Positions 19,634-28,036 of a DNA stretch of 64,000 nucleotides are shown piece after piece. The notes below the pieces were generated by a model that saw only the letters and a list, made by a program, of their open reading frames with translations, was not told the DNA's origin and ran no database searches. This stretch comes from Candidatus Omnitrophota bacterium (lineage in GTDB: Bacteria > Omnitrophota > Gorgyraeia > Zapsychrales > JBAZNR01): NCBI GenBank assembly GCA_041649175.1, contig JBAZNR010000002.1:47149-111148 (forward strand), given 5' to 3'. The stretch's first letter is position 1; each line of letters starts with the position of its first letter. A program made the translations under genes and the position numbers.

Positions 19634-20644
19634 ATGTTTAAACCACATTATCGCACCACATCTTTTTTGATCAGTATTCTTGAGAATATGGCCGCGCAAA
19701 CGGCACTTATTAAGAATTCCGGCATTAAGTTTCCGGCGCGTGTTTCTCTTGAAAAAGATGCGGTCAATCGCAGTGTTCATTCCTCAACGTCGATCGAAGG
19801 TAACAACTTATCTCTTAAGCAAGTAGCCGCTTTAAGCGACAGAAAAGACATCGATGCTGATCAAAAACAAAAACAGGAAGTTCAAAATTGTTTAGCGGCC
19901 TTGCGCTGGGTTTTAGCGCACAAGCACAGTGCTTTTACGGAAAGTCAGCTTTTGACACTTCATAAGATGATGACCAAGGGACTTTTGCCTGCTGCTGCGA
20001 TCGGGCGATTTAGAAAAACTCAAAATTATGTGGTGAACGCTAAAAGAATCGTTATTTTTACTCCTCCGCCCCCCCAACAGGTAGCTCGTAAAGTAAAAGA
20101 ACTTTTTCTATGGCTTAAAAATACTCCCCTGGAGCATAGCGTTATTCATAGCGCTATTTTTCATCATGAATTTGTTACCATTCATCCCTTTACTGATGGC
20201 AATGGCCGGGTTGCGCGAGCAGCCAGCCAGTGGATTCTGCTCAAAAAGAAATTTGATCCCGTCTATACCTTAGGACTGGATGACTATTTTGCGCATGACC
20301 GAAACAAATATTATGCGATGATCCAACAGGCGCGCGATTTGGATAATGACTATACACATTGGATCGAGTATGTTGCTCAAGGCCTTTTAGTGTCGATTGA
20401 AAATATTGCCGGACGTATAAAGGAAATGAAGCGCGTCTTAAAAGGAAAAAGGATCGAATTAACGCCCAAGCAGGAAGAGATCTTAAATCTCTTAAATGAG
20501 CATGGCGCGATCGGTTCAGCGCAAATTTCCAAGGCAATGGATATCAATCGTGCGCGGGTTAATCAGCTGGTGGCGCCGCTTGTTAAAGCGGGAATTGTAA
20601 CCCAAGAAGGTAAAGCACGCGGCGTTAAATATGCTTTGAAGTAA
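19634..20644 (+). CDS. fic: Fic-family protein (class II, N-terminal inhibitory helix) with C-terminal winged-helix domain
   Basis: 336 aa. Canonical Fic motif HPFTDGNGRVARA. Inhibitory motif STSIEGN ([ST]xxxE[GN]) near the N-terminus. C-terminal wHTH-like region. Confidence 0.85.
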   Translation: MFKPHYRTTSFLISILENMAAQTALIKNSGIKFPARVSLEKDAVNRSVHSSTSIEGNNLSLKQVAALSDRKDIDADQKQKQEVQNCLAALRWVLAHKHSAFTESQLLTLHKMMTKGLLPAAAIGRFRKTQNYVVNAKRIVIFTPPPPQQVARKVKELFLWLKNTPLEHSVIHSAIFHHEFVTIHPFTDGNGRVARAASQWILLKKKFDPVYTLGLDDYFAHDRNKYYAMIQQARDLDNDYTHWIEYVAQGLLVSIENIAGRIKEMKRVLKGKRIELTPKQEEILNLLNEHGAIGSAQISKAMDINRARVNQLVAPLVKAGIVTQEGKARGVKYALK

Positions 20645-20647
20645 TTT

Positions 20648-20695
20648 GTGCAAAAATTGTCAGGAGCGGTAGAATAGAAGAAACAATTTTTGCAC
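20648..20695 (+). terminator. 13-bp stem / 22-nt loop hairpin directly after the fic stop (possible terminator or RNA structure)
   Basis: GTGCAAAAATTGT at 20648-20660 pairs with ACAATTTTTGCAC at 20683-20695. There is no clear U-tract. Confidence 0.3.
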
Positions 20696-20725
20696 CAGGC
20701 CCAGCAGTTCAATGAATTTAAAATG

Positions 20726-20856
20726 AAAATCCTAAATCCTAATGTCGAAATACTAAACAAATTCCAAATTCGAATTTTAAAATACAAAACTGTTTTGATA
20801 TTTGGATTTAGAAATTAGGGTTTGTTTAGGGTTTAGGATTTAGTGTTTAGGGTTTA
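20726..20856. repeat. about 130-bp AT-rich imperfect palindrome built of degenerate TTTAGGG/TTTAGGA heptamers (left arm CCTAAAT-type, right arm TTTAGGG-type), centred near 20791
   Basis: Left arm AAATCCTAAATCCTAA.... Right arm ...TTAGGGTTTGTTTAGGGTTTAGGATTTAGTGTTTAGGGTTT. Centre CAAAAC-T-GTTTTG. Sits at the left boundary of the low-GC R-M island and contains a perfect TATAAT at 20855-20860. Confidence 0.6.
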
Positions 20857-20934
20857 TAATAAATTTAACAGTTTGCGTCTTTGGTCTTGAATTGCGAAAG
20901 AGGGAGTGGGGAAGGTTTTGAAAGTGATCAGCAT

Positions 20935-21414
20935 ATGAAGAAAATAAATTCTATTCAAGCTGTCGCAATCCTGGCCACGCTTATAAGCGCAGCGACACTT
21001 TTTCGCCGGCAATTTGCGATCATGTTTGTACTTATTAATTTTGATACTTTCGTGAAAGAAAGCGGAAAACTCATTACAATAACAGGCTTGATCATTGATT
21101 TTCTACCTGTTTTGATTATTGTCGGAAGTTTGGGAGTTTTTCTGAGAAGACCGGGAAGTCTGCTCATCCTCAAATGGTGCTTTATTATCTCTTTAATCCT
21201 CAATTTATGGATTGGAATTATTCAATGCATCAATTTCTTTATTTTGCCTTCTATGGAAAATTATATTCCACCCGAAGGTTCCGTGGTTAGAAAAGCTAAC
21301 TTCGTCGCTCCGTTTATCTGGAGCGTTGTTTATGGATCGTTTCTTTATGTTGTCACTCGCCCCAAAGCCAAATTCTTTGGCATCCGAGCTCCAGAAAAAG
21401 ATGCGAGGGATTGA
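20935..21414 (+). CDS. hypothetical integral membrane protein (about 4 TM), first gene of the low-GC island operon
   Basis: ATG at 20935 (MKKINSIQAVAIL...). The track ORF extends to a TTG at 20881. No known motif. Confidence 0.5.
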   Translation: MKKINSIQAVAILATLISAATLFRRQFAIMFVLINFDTFVKESGKLITITGLIIDFLPVLIIVGSLGVFLRRPGSLLILKWCFIISLILNLWIGIIQCINFFILPSMENYIPPEGSVVRKANFVAPFIWSVVYGSFLYVVTRPKAKFFGIRAPEKDARD

Positions 21415-21428
21415 AGGAGCATTAAATA

Positions 21429-22067
21429 ATGCGTATAATTTTTGCTATACATGGAATTCAAAGCGTCCAAAAGGATAATTGGGTTAATAAATTTGTTAAC
21501 TATATTAACGAAGATGAACGATTTGATGGTGATATTAAAATACCGCATACTTATGGATATCTCCGGGCGCTTAATTCAGTAAACATGAAAACTAAATTTG
21601 ATCATGTTAAAAGTGTCATGCGAGAGTTGAGATCTCTTACGACTCAATATCCCGATGCTGAATTAAACATTGTTGGACACAGTTATGGGACAGAATTGAG
21701 TTATCAGGCGATCAAAAGAAGCGAAGAAGATGGCAAGTCGCCAATCAAAGTTAATAAGTTGATTTTAGTAGCCAGTATCGTTTCTGCTCATAGAGAAATT
21801 CCGTATGATGATACTCTGCGTGCTGGAAAGTTGAATGAGCTACATTGTTATTGCAGCTATAATGATGAAGTTTGTAGATATAATCCTTTTGGTCATTCTG
21901 GCTGCTTTGGTTTTTTGCGGAGCGCCTATGACATGAAATGTTATCAAAAACCTTTTAAAGATCTAGAAATTTATAATCATCAACAAAAAACTTTAGAACA
22001 TGGAGATTATTTTGAAGGAACTAAATTTTACAAAGAATGGCTTGATGTTATCGATCTAAGAAAGTAA
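21429..22067 (+). CDS. minimal alpha/beta-hydrolase, lipase/esterase-like (GHSxG serine hydrolase)
   Basis: 212 aa. N-terminal IIFAIHGIQS (oxyanion region) and nucleophile elbow IVGHSYGT. Candidate Asp at YNDEV and His at FGHSG. Size and layout resemble minimal lipases. Confidence 0.55.
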   Translation: MRIIFAIHGIQSVQKDNWVNKFVNYINEDERFDGDIKIPHTYGYLRALNSVNMKTKFDHVKSVMRELRSLTTQYPDAELNIVGHSYGTELSYQAIKRSEEDGKSPIKVNKLILVASIVSAHREIPYDDTLRAGKLNELHCYCSYNDEVCRYNPFGHSGCFGFLRSAYDMKCYQKPFKDLEIYNHQQKTLEHGDYFEGTKFYKEWLDVIDLRK

Positions 22068-22076
22068 CTTAATGTT

Positions 22077-23804
22077 ATGGTAAGAAAAATAAGCGGAAAA
22101 GAATATGAAGCTTGGTCAAAGGAGGATTTGATCAAGGAAATCGTGAAGATAAAAAGCACGACGTATGGGCTTGTTTGGCATCGCGATTTGCCAGAAGAAA
22201 AAATTGATATTTTAGTCAATCCGGATGCACGTACGCCAAGCGAGATGTTTCCCAACGAAATGGCGGGTAAGCCATTTCCTGTCTTGAAAGAAGTTAAGAA
22301 TAAAGCAATTGAATCTGATAAATCAAAACTCGTAAATCTTTTGATTGAGGGGGATAACTACCATTCTCTAGCTGTCCTTAATTTCACGCACCGCGAAGCG
22401 GTCGATTTGATCTACATTGATCCGCCTTACAATACCGGCAATAATGATTTCATTTACAATGACAAACTTGTTGATAAAGAGGATAGTTTTCGACATAGCA
22501 AATGGCTTTCGTTTATGGAGAAGCGTCTCAAGCTGGCAAAAAATCTTTTGAAACAAAGCGGGGTCATTTTTTTAAGTATTGACGATAATGAGCTGGCGCC
22601 ATTACGAATGCTTTGTGATGAAATATTCTCTTCAGAGAATTTCTTGGCAACGATAGTTTTGAAGAACAAAGCGGGTGCTGGAGCAAAACCAAAAGCATTA
22701 ATCGAGGTGCACGAATATATTTTGATGTACGCAAAAAGTTCCAGTTTCATTAAATCAATAAGCGTTCCTTATATTGAATCAAACAACAAGTTATTTACAA
22801 AAAAAGATAAGCATTTTTCGATCAGGGGACCTTACGGGACTTGGGCATTGGGGACAACTAGCATGGCTGATAGGCCAAATCTACGATACCCGATTAACTA
22901 TAATGGAGAAGAAATTTGGCCCGAAAAGCAATGGCTTTGGTCCAAAGAACGCGTAGAACAAGCAATGAAGAACGATGAACTTGTGTTCAATAAAATGAAA
23001 AACGGAAAATGGTCGGTTAGATTTAAACAATATTTAAAGGATAAAGATGGAATCTTGAGGAATTCAACCCCAACAACTCTTTTTGAGGGACCATATACAC
23101 ATGAAGGAACAAAAGAATTAGACGACATTCTAGGGAACCGTTTATTTATGTTTCCTAAGCCTGTTAACTTAATTAAGAAAATTCTAAAATTTAATTATAA
23201 TGGGGAGAAAAACAAAAATCACGTCATTCTTGACTTTTTTGCTGGTTCAGGGACAACAGGTCATGCAGTTTTAGAGCTAAACAAAGAAGACGGCGGTTGC
23301 AGATCCTTTATTTTATGTACGAATAACGGGGATCAAAAATCAGAGCATAAAATCGCTTCAGATATTTGTTATCCTCGGGTTAAAAAAGTAATAAGTGGAT
23401 ACAAAAATCAGAAAGAAGAGAAAGTCGATGGACTTGGCGGAAATCTCAAATATTACGCAACCGATTTCGTAGAAGCTGAGCCAACAGATAAAAATAAGCG
23501 AAAGCTAGTAAAAGAATCAGCGGATATGCTGTGCATCTTAGAAAATGCTTTTGAGTTTGTCCAAGGAACGGACGAATTCAAGATTTTTAAGAATACGGAT
23601 AAGTACATTGGGATTATTTTCTATGAGGAGGCAATAGAGGATTATAAAAAGATAATCAAAAAGATTGATGGGCGTTTTAACACTTACGTTTTCTCGATGG
23701 GTGATGATCCGCATGTGAGGAAATTTGCTGATGTTAAGAGTAAGGTGTCGCTTTGTGCAATTCCCGAAGTGATCCTAAAGGTATATCGGGAGATTTTTAA
23801 ATAA
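22077..23804 (+). CDS. mod: Type III restriction-modification methyltransferase (Mod), beta-class N6A/N4C MTase
   Basis: 575 aa. Motif IV IYIDPPYNTG precedes motif I LDFFAGSGTTGHA. Adjacent to the res gene. Confidence 0.85.
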   Translation: MVRKISGKEYEAWSKEDLIKEIVKIKSTTYGLVWHRDLPEEKIDILVNPDARTPSEMFPNEMAGKPFPVLKEVKNKAIESDKSKLVNLLIEGDNYHSLAVLNFTHREAVDLIYIDPPYNTGNNDFIYNDKLVDKEDSFRHSKWLSFMEKRLKLAKNLLKQSGVIFLSIDDNELAPLRMLCDEIFSSENFLATIVLKNKAGAGAKPKALIEVHEYILMYAKSSSFIKSISVPYIESNNKLFTKKDKHFSIRGPYGTWALGTTSMADRPNLRYPINYNGEEIWPEKQWLWSKERVEQAMKNDELVFNKMKNGKWSVRFKQYLKDKDGILRNSTPTTLFEGPYTHEGTKELDDILGNRLFMFPKPVNLIKKILKFNYNGEKNKNHVILDFFAGSGTTGHAVLELNKEDGGCRSFILCTNNGDQKSEHKIASDICYPRVKKVISGYKNQKEEKVDGLGGNLKYYATDFVEAEPTDKNKRKLVKESADMLCILENAFEFVQGTDEFKIFKNTDKYIGIIFYEEAIEDYKKIIKKIDGRFNTYVFSMGDDPHVRKFADVKSKVSLCAIPEVILKVYREIFK

Positions 23805-23805
23805 T

Positions 23806-26043
23806 ATGATATTCGAATTTAAAGATTACCAAGAAAATGCTGTTGTAAAGTTGAAGCGAGAAATCAATGAGCTTTTGGACTCGGATGAGAGCAAAATTTG
23901 TATTTTTAAAGCGCCTACAGGATCTGGTAAAACGCTGATGATGGCAGAATTCTTAAAGCGCTTAGTCGACTCTCGCGCAGATGGTAAGAAATTCTCGTTT
24001 GCATGGATTGCTGTAAATAAATTGCATGACCAGAGCCGAAATAATCTTCGGAAATATTACGATGAAAACGGTGTAGGTATAAAATGCTCGTATTTTGAAG
24101 ATTTGGATGATCGTAAAATTGGCGAAAACGAGATTTTATTTCTGAACTGGGCAAGTATCAATAAAAAAGACAATTTGTATGTTCGCGCAAATGAACGAGA
24201 TAACAATTTGACAAGTATTGTCGCTCGAACGAAAGATGAGGGCAGAATAATTTTTCTCATCATTGATGAAAGCCATCACACAGCGAATAGTGAAAAATCA
24301 AAGGAACTGATACAAGATATTGGACCCAAAATTACGATTGAAGTTTCAGCTACTCCACAACTAAATAACGCAAGCAGAATTGTTGAAGTGGAACTTAAAG
24401 ACGTAAAAGATGAAGAGATGATCAAGAAAGAAATTGTCATTAACCCTGGTTTTGAACATTACATCATTGATAAGAAGAAAAGTGACAAAACTGCAGATGA
24501 GCTTGTGCTAGAGACTGCGTTAAAAAAGCAGATTGAATTACAGAAGAAGCTTGAGATTGAAGGATCGGGTATTAATCCACTTTTGCTCATTCAATTACCG
24601 GATGCAGTGCAGGGTGTATCGGATAAAAAAGACGAGATTGTTACTTTACTCAAGAAATTTGGCTATACAACAGAAAACGGTCGACTCGCGATTTATCTTT
24701 CTGATAAAGACAACAAGGTAAACCTTACGAATATAGAGAAGAATGAGAACGAGGTTGAGGTGATGATATTCAAGCAAGCGATTGCGCTTGGCTGGGATTG
24801 TCCGCGCGCTTCAATTTTGGTTTTGTTTAGACAATGGCGCGAGGAAAACATTACTTTCTCTATCCAAACGCTTGGACGCATTATGCGTATGCCAGAGCAG
24901 AAACATTACGCCGATCAAGATTTGAACGTTGGCTATGTGTTCACGAGTTTACAGGACATCAATGTCGCCAAAGATTTATCGCGCGATTACATTACAACCT
25001 TTACTGGGTTTAGAATTAAGAATTACAAAAATCTTGATTTACTGGCCTATCACTCAAAGCGTTTCCGTGAGGAAACTCGCCTTTCCTCTGATTTTACGCC
25101 TCTTTTCGTCGAGGCAGGAAAGAAGCTGAAACTCAAAGAAAAGTTTTCATTCAAACATAGTATTTTAAAAACAAGTTTAATCGCGAGTGGTCGTGTTGTT
25201 GACAGTGATAAGGAAACAAAGGGCATAGATAGAAAAGGAACGCTTGATATTCCCAAGAATGAAGTTGAGTTGCAAAATGCGTTTGATATGTTTGCGCGAA
25301 ACAATCTCGCACCATTCGCGCCAGAGCAACGATCAATTGGTCGTATAAAAAGTTCAATCTATTCACTTTTTGAAGCGTCGCGAAACGAAGACGAATGGCC
25401 AAAGATTCAAGCCGCTGTTCTTGCGGAGGAAAACCGCCAAATTATGATTGATACCATCAATTTTGCAAAAGAAATGTATCAAGAAGAAGTTGGAAAAGGT
25501 AAAAATGAGCTAGTGAAGAATGAGGAGCCCTGGAATGTTCCGAAAGTAATAAACTACACTCTTTCTTTTGCAAAGAAAGATTATAAAAAGTCGGTGATGC
25601 TTCCATATTACACAAGGAAGTCCGGTGGAGGCACAGCGAATATGTTTGAAGAAGATAGTAACCTTGAAGTTGATTTCATAGAATATTTGGAAAAATCAAA
25701 AGAAGTGGAGTGGTGGTTTAAAAATGGGAAAAGTGATGCGACGTATTTCGCCGTACCGCATATGGAGCATGGGGCTGAAAAGCCATTTTATGTTGATTTT
25801 ATTGTAATGCAAAAAGATGGTCGCATTGGTTTATTTGATACAAAAGGCGGGCTGACTGCAGAAACGGCAAAATCACGCGCCGAGGGATTGGCAAAATATA
25901 TCACTGAACAAAATAAAAACGGTAAAAAATTATATGGCGGAATTGTGCTGAAAGAAAGGAATAGCTGGCGCTATCGTGATGGTTTGAAATACGAATACAA
26001 TCCAAGCAATCTCAAAGATTGGAAATTTTTGGATTTGAATTGA
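23806..26043 (+). CDS. res: Type III restriction enzyme Res subunit (SF2 helicase + endonuclease)
   Basis: 745 aa. Walker A APTGSGKT near the N-terminus. DEAH-like IIDESHHT. SF2 motif VI region. C-terminal PD-(D/E)xK-like YVDFIVMQK. Starts 2 nt after mod. Confidence 0.8.
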   Translation: MIFEFKDYQENAVVKLKREINELLDSDESKICIFKAPTGSGKTLMMAEFLKRLVDSRADGKKFSFAWIAVNKLHDQSRNNLRKYYDENGVGIKCSYFEDLDDRKIGENEILFLNWASINKKDNLYVRANERDNNLTSIVARTKDEGRIIFLIIDESHHTANSEKSKELIQDIGPKITIEVSATPQLNNASRIVEVELKDVKDEEMIKKEIVINPGFEHYIIDKKKSDKTADELVLETALKKQIELQKKLEIEGSGINPLLLIQLPDAVQGVSDKKDEIVTLLKKFGYTTENGRLAIYLSDKDNKVNLTNIEKNENEVEVMIFKQAIALGWDCPRASILVLFRQWREENITFSIQTLGRIMRMPEQKHYADQDLNVGYVFTSLQDINVAKDLSRDYITTFTGFRIKNYKNLDLLAYHSKRFREETRLSSDFTPLFVEAGKKLKLKEKFSFKHSILKTSLIASGRVVDSDKETKGIDRKGTLDIPKNEVELQNAFDMFARNNLAPFAPEQRSIGRIKSSIYSLFEASRNEDEWPKIQAAVLAEENRQIMIDTINFAKEMYQEEVGKGKNELVKNEEPWNVPKVINYTLSFAKKDYKKSVMLPYYTRKSGGGTANMFEEDSNLEVDFIEYLEKSKEVEWWFKNGKSDATYFAVPHMEHGAEKPFYVDFIVMQKDGRIGLFDTKGGLTAETAKSRAEGLAKYITEQNKNGKKLYGGIVLKERNSWRYRDGLKYEYNPSNLKDWKFLDLN

Positions 26044-26047
26044 AAAT

Positions 26048-27022
26048 ATGACAACGATTAGAAAAACTGAAGGTGGGATAGAATACTTATTTGGATTGCT
26101 AAAAGAAAAAGCAAAAACTGTTACTCGTGCTGCTTTTTGGAAAATCCCACATAAAAACTCACAACAAGAGGATATTTGCCTAAAAATTGGCAGATATAAC
26201 AAGAATGGCTTCGCGCCTGAAACACTTGAAAATACAAATCCAAAAAGTGAACTTACTTTGGATAATGAGGAATTTCAGAAATTACTTGAGTTTTTATCGG
26301 ATAACTACGAACCCTTTAAAAAGGGAGTAAAAGAGTATATCCCAATTGATGAGAAATTTGACCATCAAAAGGTTAAACATTTAAGGGCAATTTTTGCGGA
26401 TCCAGACAAACAGAAAGTTTTGGATTTTATTGCAAAGAACAATATCTTGCCAGAAGACATGATTGCGGGATTGCAACATCAGGCAAGAATGGGGGCGGTT
26501 AGAGAATTTGAAAATATGCTTGACCAAAATTTGCTTGAGCAGAAATGGCAGGAATGGCTAAAGCGAAATGACTGGGTTCTTGGAAGTGAATTTGTGAAGA
26601 TTTTAGAAGAACGAGAAATAGATACCGCAAATATCGCAGATTATTTAATGCAAGCGTATGATGGTTTTCTTGATATTGTTGAAATTAAGCGGCCCGAAGG
26701 GAACTTGCAATTTTGGGCCAATGGGCAGGATCATGGGAACTATGTGCCATCAGCCGACTTAACAAAAGCTGTTACACAAGCGACGAAATATATTTATGAA
26801 GTGGAACGTGAAGCAAACAGTGTGAAATTCTTAGAACGAGTCGCTAATGTAAAAACAATAAAACCGCGTTGTATATTGATTTTCGGTAGATCAAGCGACT
26901 GGAACAATGAGCAAAGAGAAGCATTTCGAATTTTAAATTCTAGCTATCATAATTTAACGATAATGACCTATGACCATGTTTTAAGTCGAGCCAAGCGGAT
27001 TTTAGAAATTGATGAAAAATAA
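26048..27022 (+). CDS. candidate Shedu-like (DUF4263) PD-(D/E)xK nuclease, last gene of the R-M operon
   Basis: 324 aa. Putative nuclease motif D..DIVEIK followed by a conserved C-terminal ILIFGRS....TYD region. Starts 5 nt after res. The assignment to DUF4263 is from memory of the family, not from a search. Confidence 0.4.
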   Translation: MTTIRKTEGGIEYLFGLLKEKAKTVTRAAFWKIPHKNSQQEDICLKIGRYNKNGFAPETLENTNPKSELTLDNEEFQKLLEFLSDNYEPFKKGVKEYIPIDEKFDHQKVKHLRAIFADPDKQKVLDFIAKNNILPEDMIAGLQHQARMGAVREFENMLDQNLLEQKWQEWLKRNDWVLGSEFVKILEEREIDTANIADYLMQAYDGFLDIVEIKRPEGNLQFWANGQDHGNYVPSADLTKAVTQATKYIYEVEREANSVKFLERVANVKTIKPRCILIFGRSSDWNNEQREAFRILNSSYHNLTIMTYDHVLSRAKRILEIDEK

Positions 27023-27134
27023 TTTAAACCGTTTCTAAATAATTATTGTTGTTAAAAAAATAGCGTGCCAGGCACAAAGCGGGGACAGGGTTGCCCCTAC
27101 TGATTTGAGAATAATCAACGAGGAAGGATATCCA

Positions 27135-27944
27135 ATGAAAAGCGGCAAAGATAAAGACAAGCAGGAAAAGAAACTTGGCAAAAAACTTTACGAACGCGAA
27201 CTTAAAAAACTACAAATAGAGCTGGTAAAACTCCAAGAGTGGATCAAGCGCAAAAACTTAAGAGCGATCGTTCTCTTTGAGGGCCGCGATGCCGCCGGCA
27301 AGGGCGGGGTTATCAAGCGTATTACTCAGCGTACCAGCCCGCGCATTTGCCGGGTGGTGGCTTTGAGCGTTCCGACAGAAAAAGAAAAAACCCAGTGGTA
27401 TTTTCAGCGTTATATCGCCCATCTTCCGTCGGCCGGAGAAGTGGTTTTATTCGACCGCACCTGGTATAATCGCGCCGGGGTAGAACGGGTGATGGGGTTT
27501 TGTACCGATGAGGAATATAAGGAATTTTTACGCTCGGTTCCGGAATTTGAACGGATGCTCATCCGCTCCGGCATTATCCTCATCAAATATTGGTTTTCGG
27601 TAAGCGACGAGGTTCAGGAAAAACGGTTTCAAAAGAGGCTGCAAGATCCCCGACGGCGCTGGAAGCTAAGCCCCATGGATTTGGACGCCCGCACCAGATG
27701 GGTGGAATATTCCAAAGCCAAGGATACCATGTTTGAGTGCGCCGACACAAAAGAGTCGCCCTGGTATGTGGTCAATGCCGACAATAAACGCCGCGCACGG
27801 CGTAAGTGGATTCATCATCTTTTAAGCAAGATGTCCTACAAAGACCTAACACCTAAACCCATCAAGCTGCCGCCGCGCCAAAAAGATAAGGGCTATGTGC
27901 GCCCACCGCTTACGAAACAACATTTTGTGCCGGAAGTGTATTGA
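27135..27944 (+). CDS. polyphosphate kinase 2 (PPK2, polyphosphate:nucleotide phosphotransferase)
   Basis: PPK2 P-loop VLFEGRDAAGKGG and lid/Walker B region. RBS GAGGAAGGA before ATG 27135. The track ORF starts at a TTG at 27105. Higher GC than the preceding operon. Confidence 0.88.
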   Translation: MKSGKDKDKQEKKLGKKLYERELKKLQIELVKLQEWIKRKNLRAIVLFEGRDAAGKGGVIKRITQRTSPRICRVVALSVPTEKEKTQWYFQRYIAHLPSAGEVVLFDRTWYNRAGVERVMGFCTDEEYKEFLRSVPEFERMLIRSGIILIKYWFSVSDEVQEKRFQKRLQDPRRRWKLSPMDLDARTRWVEYSKAKDTMFECADTKESPWYVVNADNKRRARRKWIHHLLSKMSYKDLTPKPIKLPPRQKDKGYVRPPLTKQHFVPEVY

Positions 27945-27954
27945 AATAGCGCTT

Positions 27955-28032
27955 ACCCCTGCTGATTTGTTTTCAAAAGCAAAACAAATCAAAACGTAGG
28001 GGCTGCTTATTTCCTGCGGAAATAAGCAGGGG
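27955..28032. terminator. compound stem-loop region between convergent genes (PPK2 on +, secreted protein on -), probably a bidirectional terminator
   Basis: GATTTGTTTT/AAAACAAATC hairpin at 27964-27990. CTGCTTATTTCC-TGC-GGAAATAAGCAG hairpin at 28003-28029. Outer CCCCTGCT/AGCAGGGG pairing. Confidence 0.55.
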
Positions 28033-28036
28033 TTGA

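Noticed and set aside
20726-20856. TTTAGGG tandem repeats as a true telomere or CRISPR-like array
   Set aside because: There are only about 6-8 degenerate heptamers arranged as an inverted repeat, inside a circular-type bacterial gene context. There are no spacer/repeat alternations and no cas genes.
27105-27134. TTG start (27105) for PPK2 as given by the ORF track
   Set aside because: A strong RBS (GAGGAAGGA) precedes the in-frame ATG at 27135. The TTG extension overlaps the upstream direct repeat and has no RBS.
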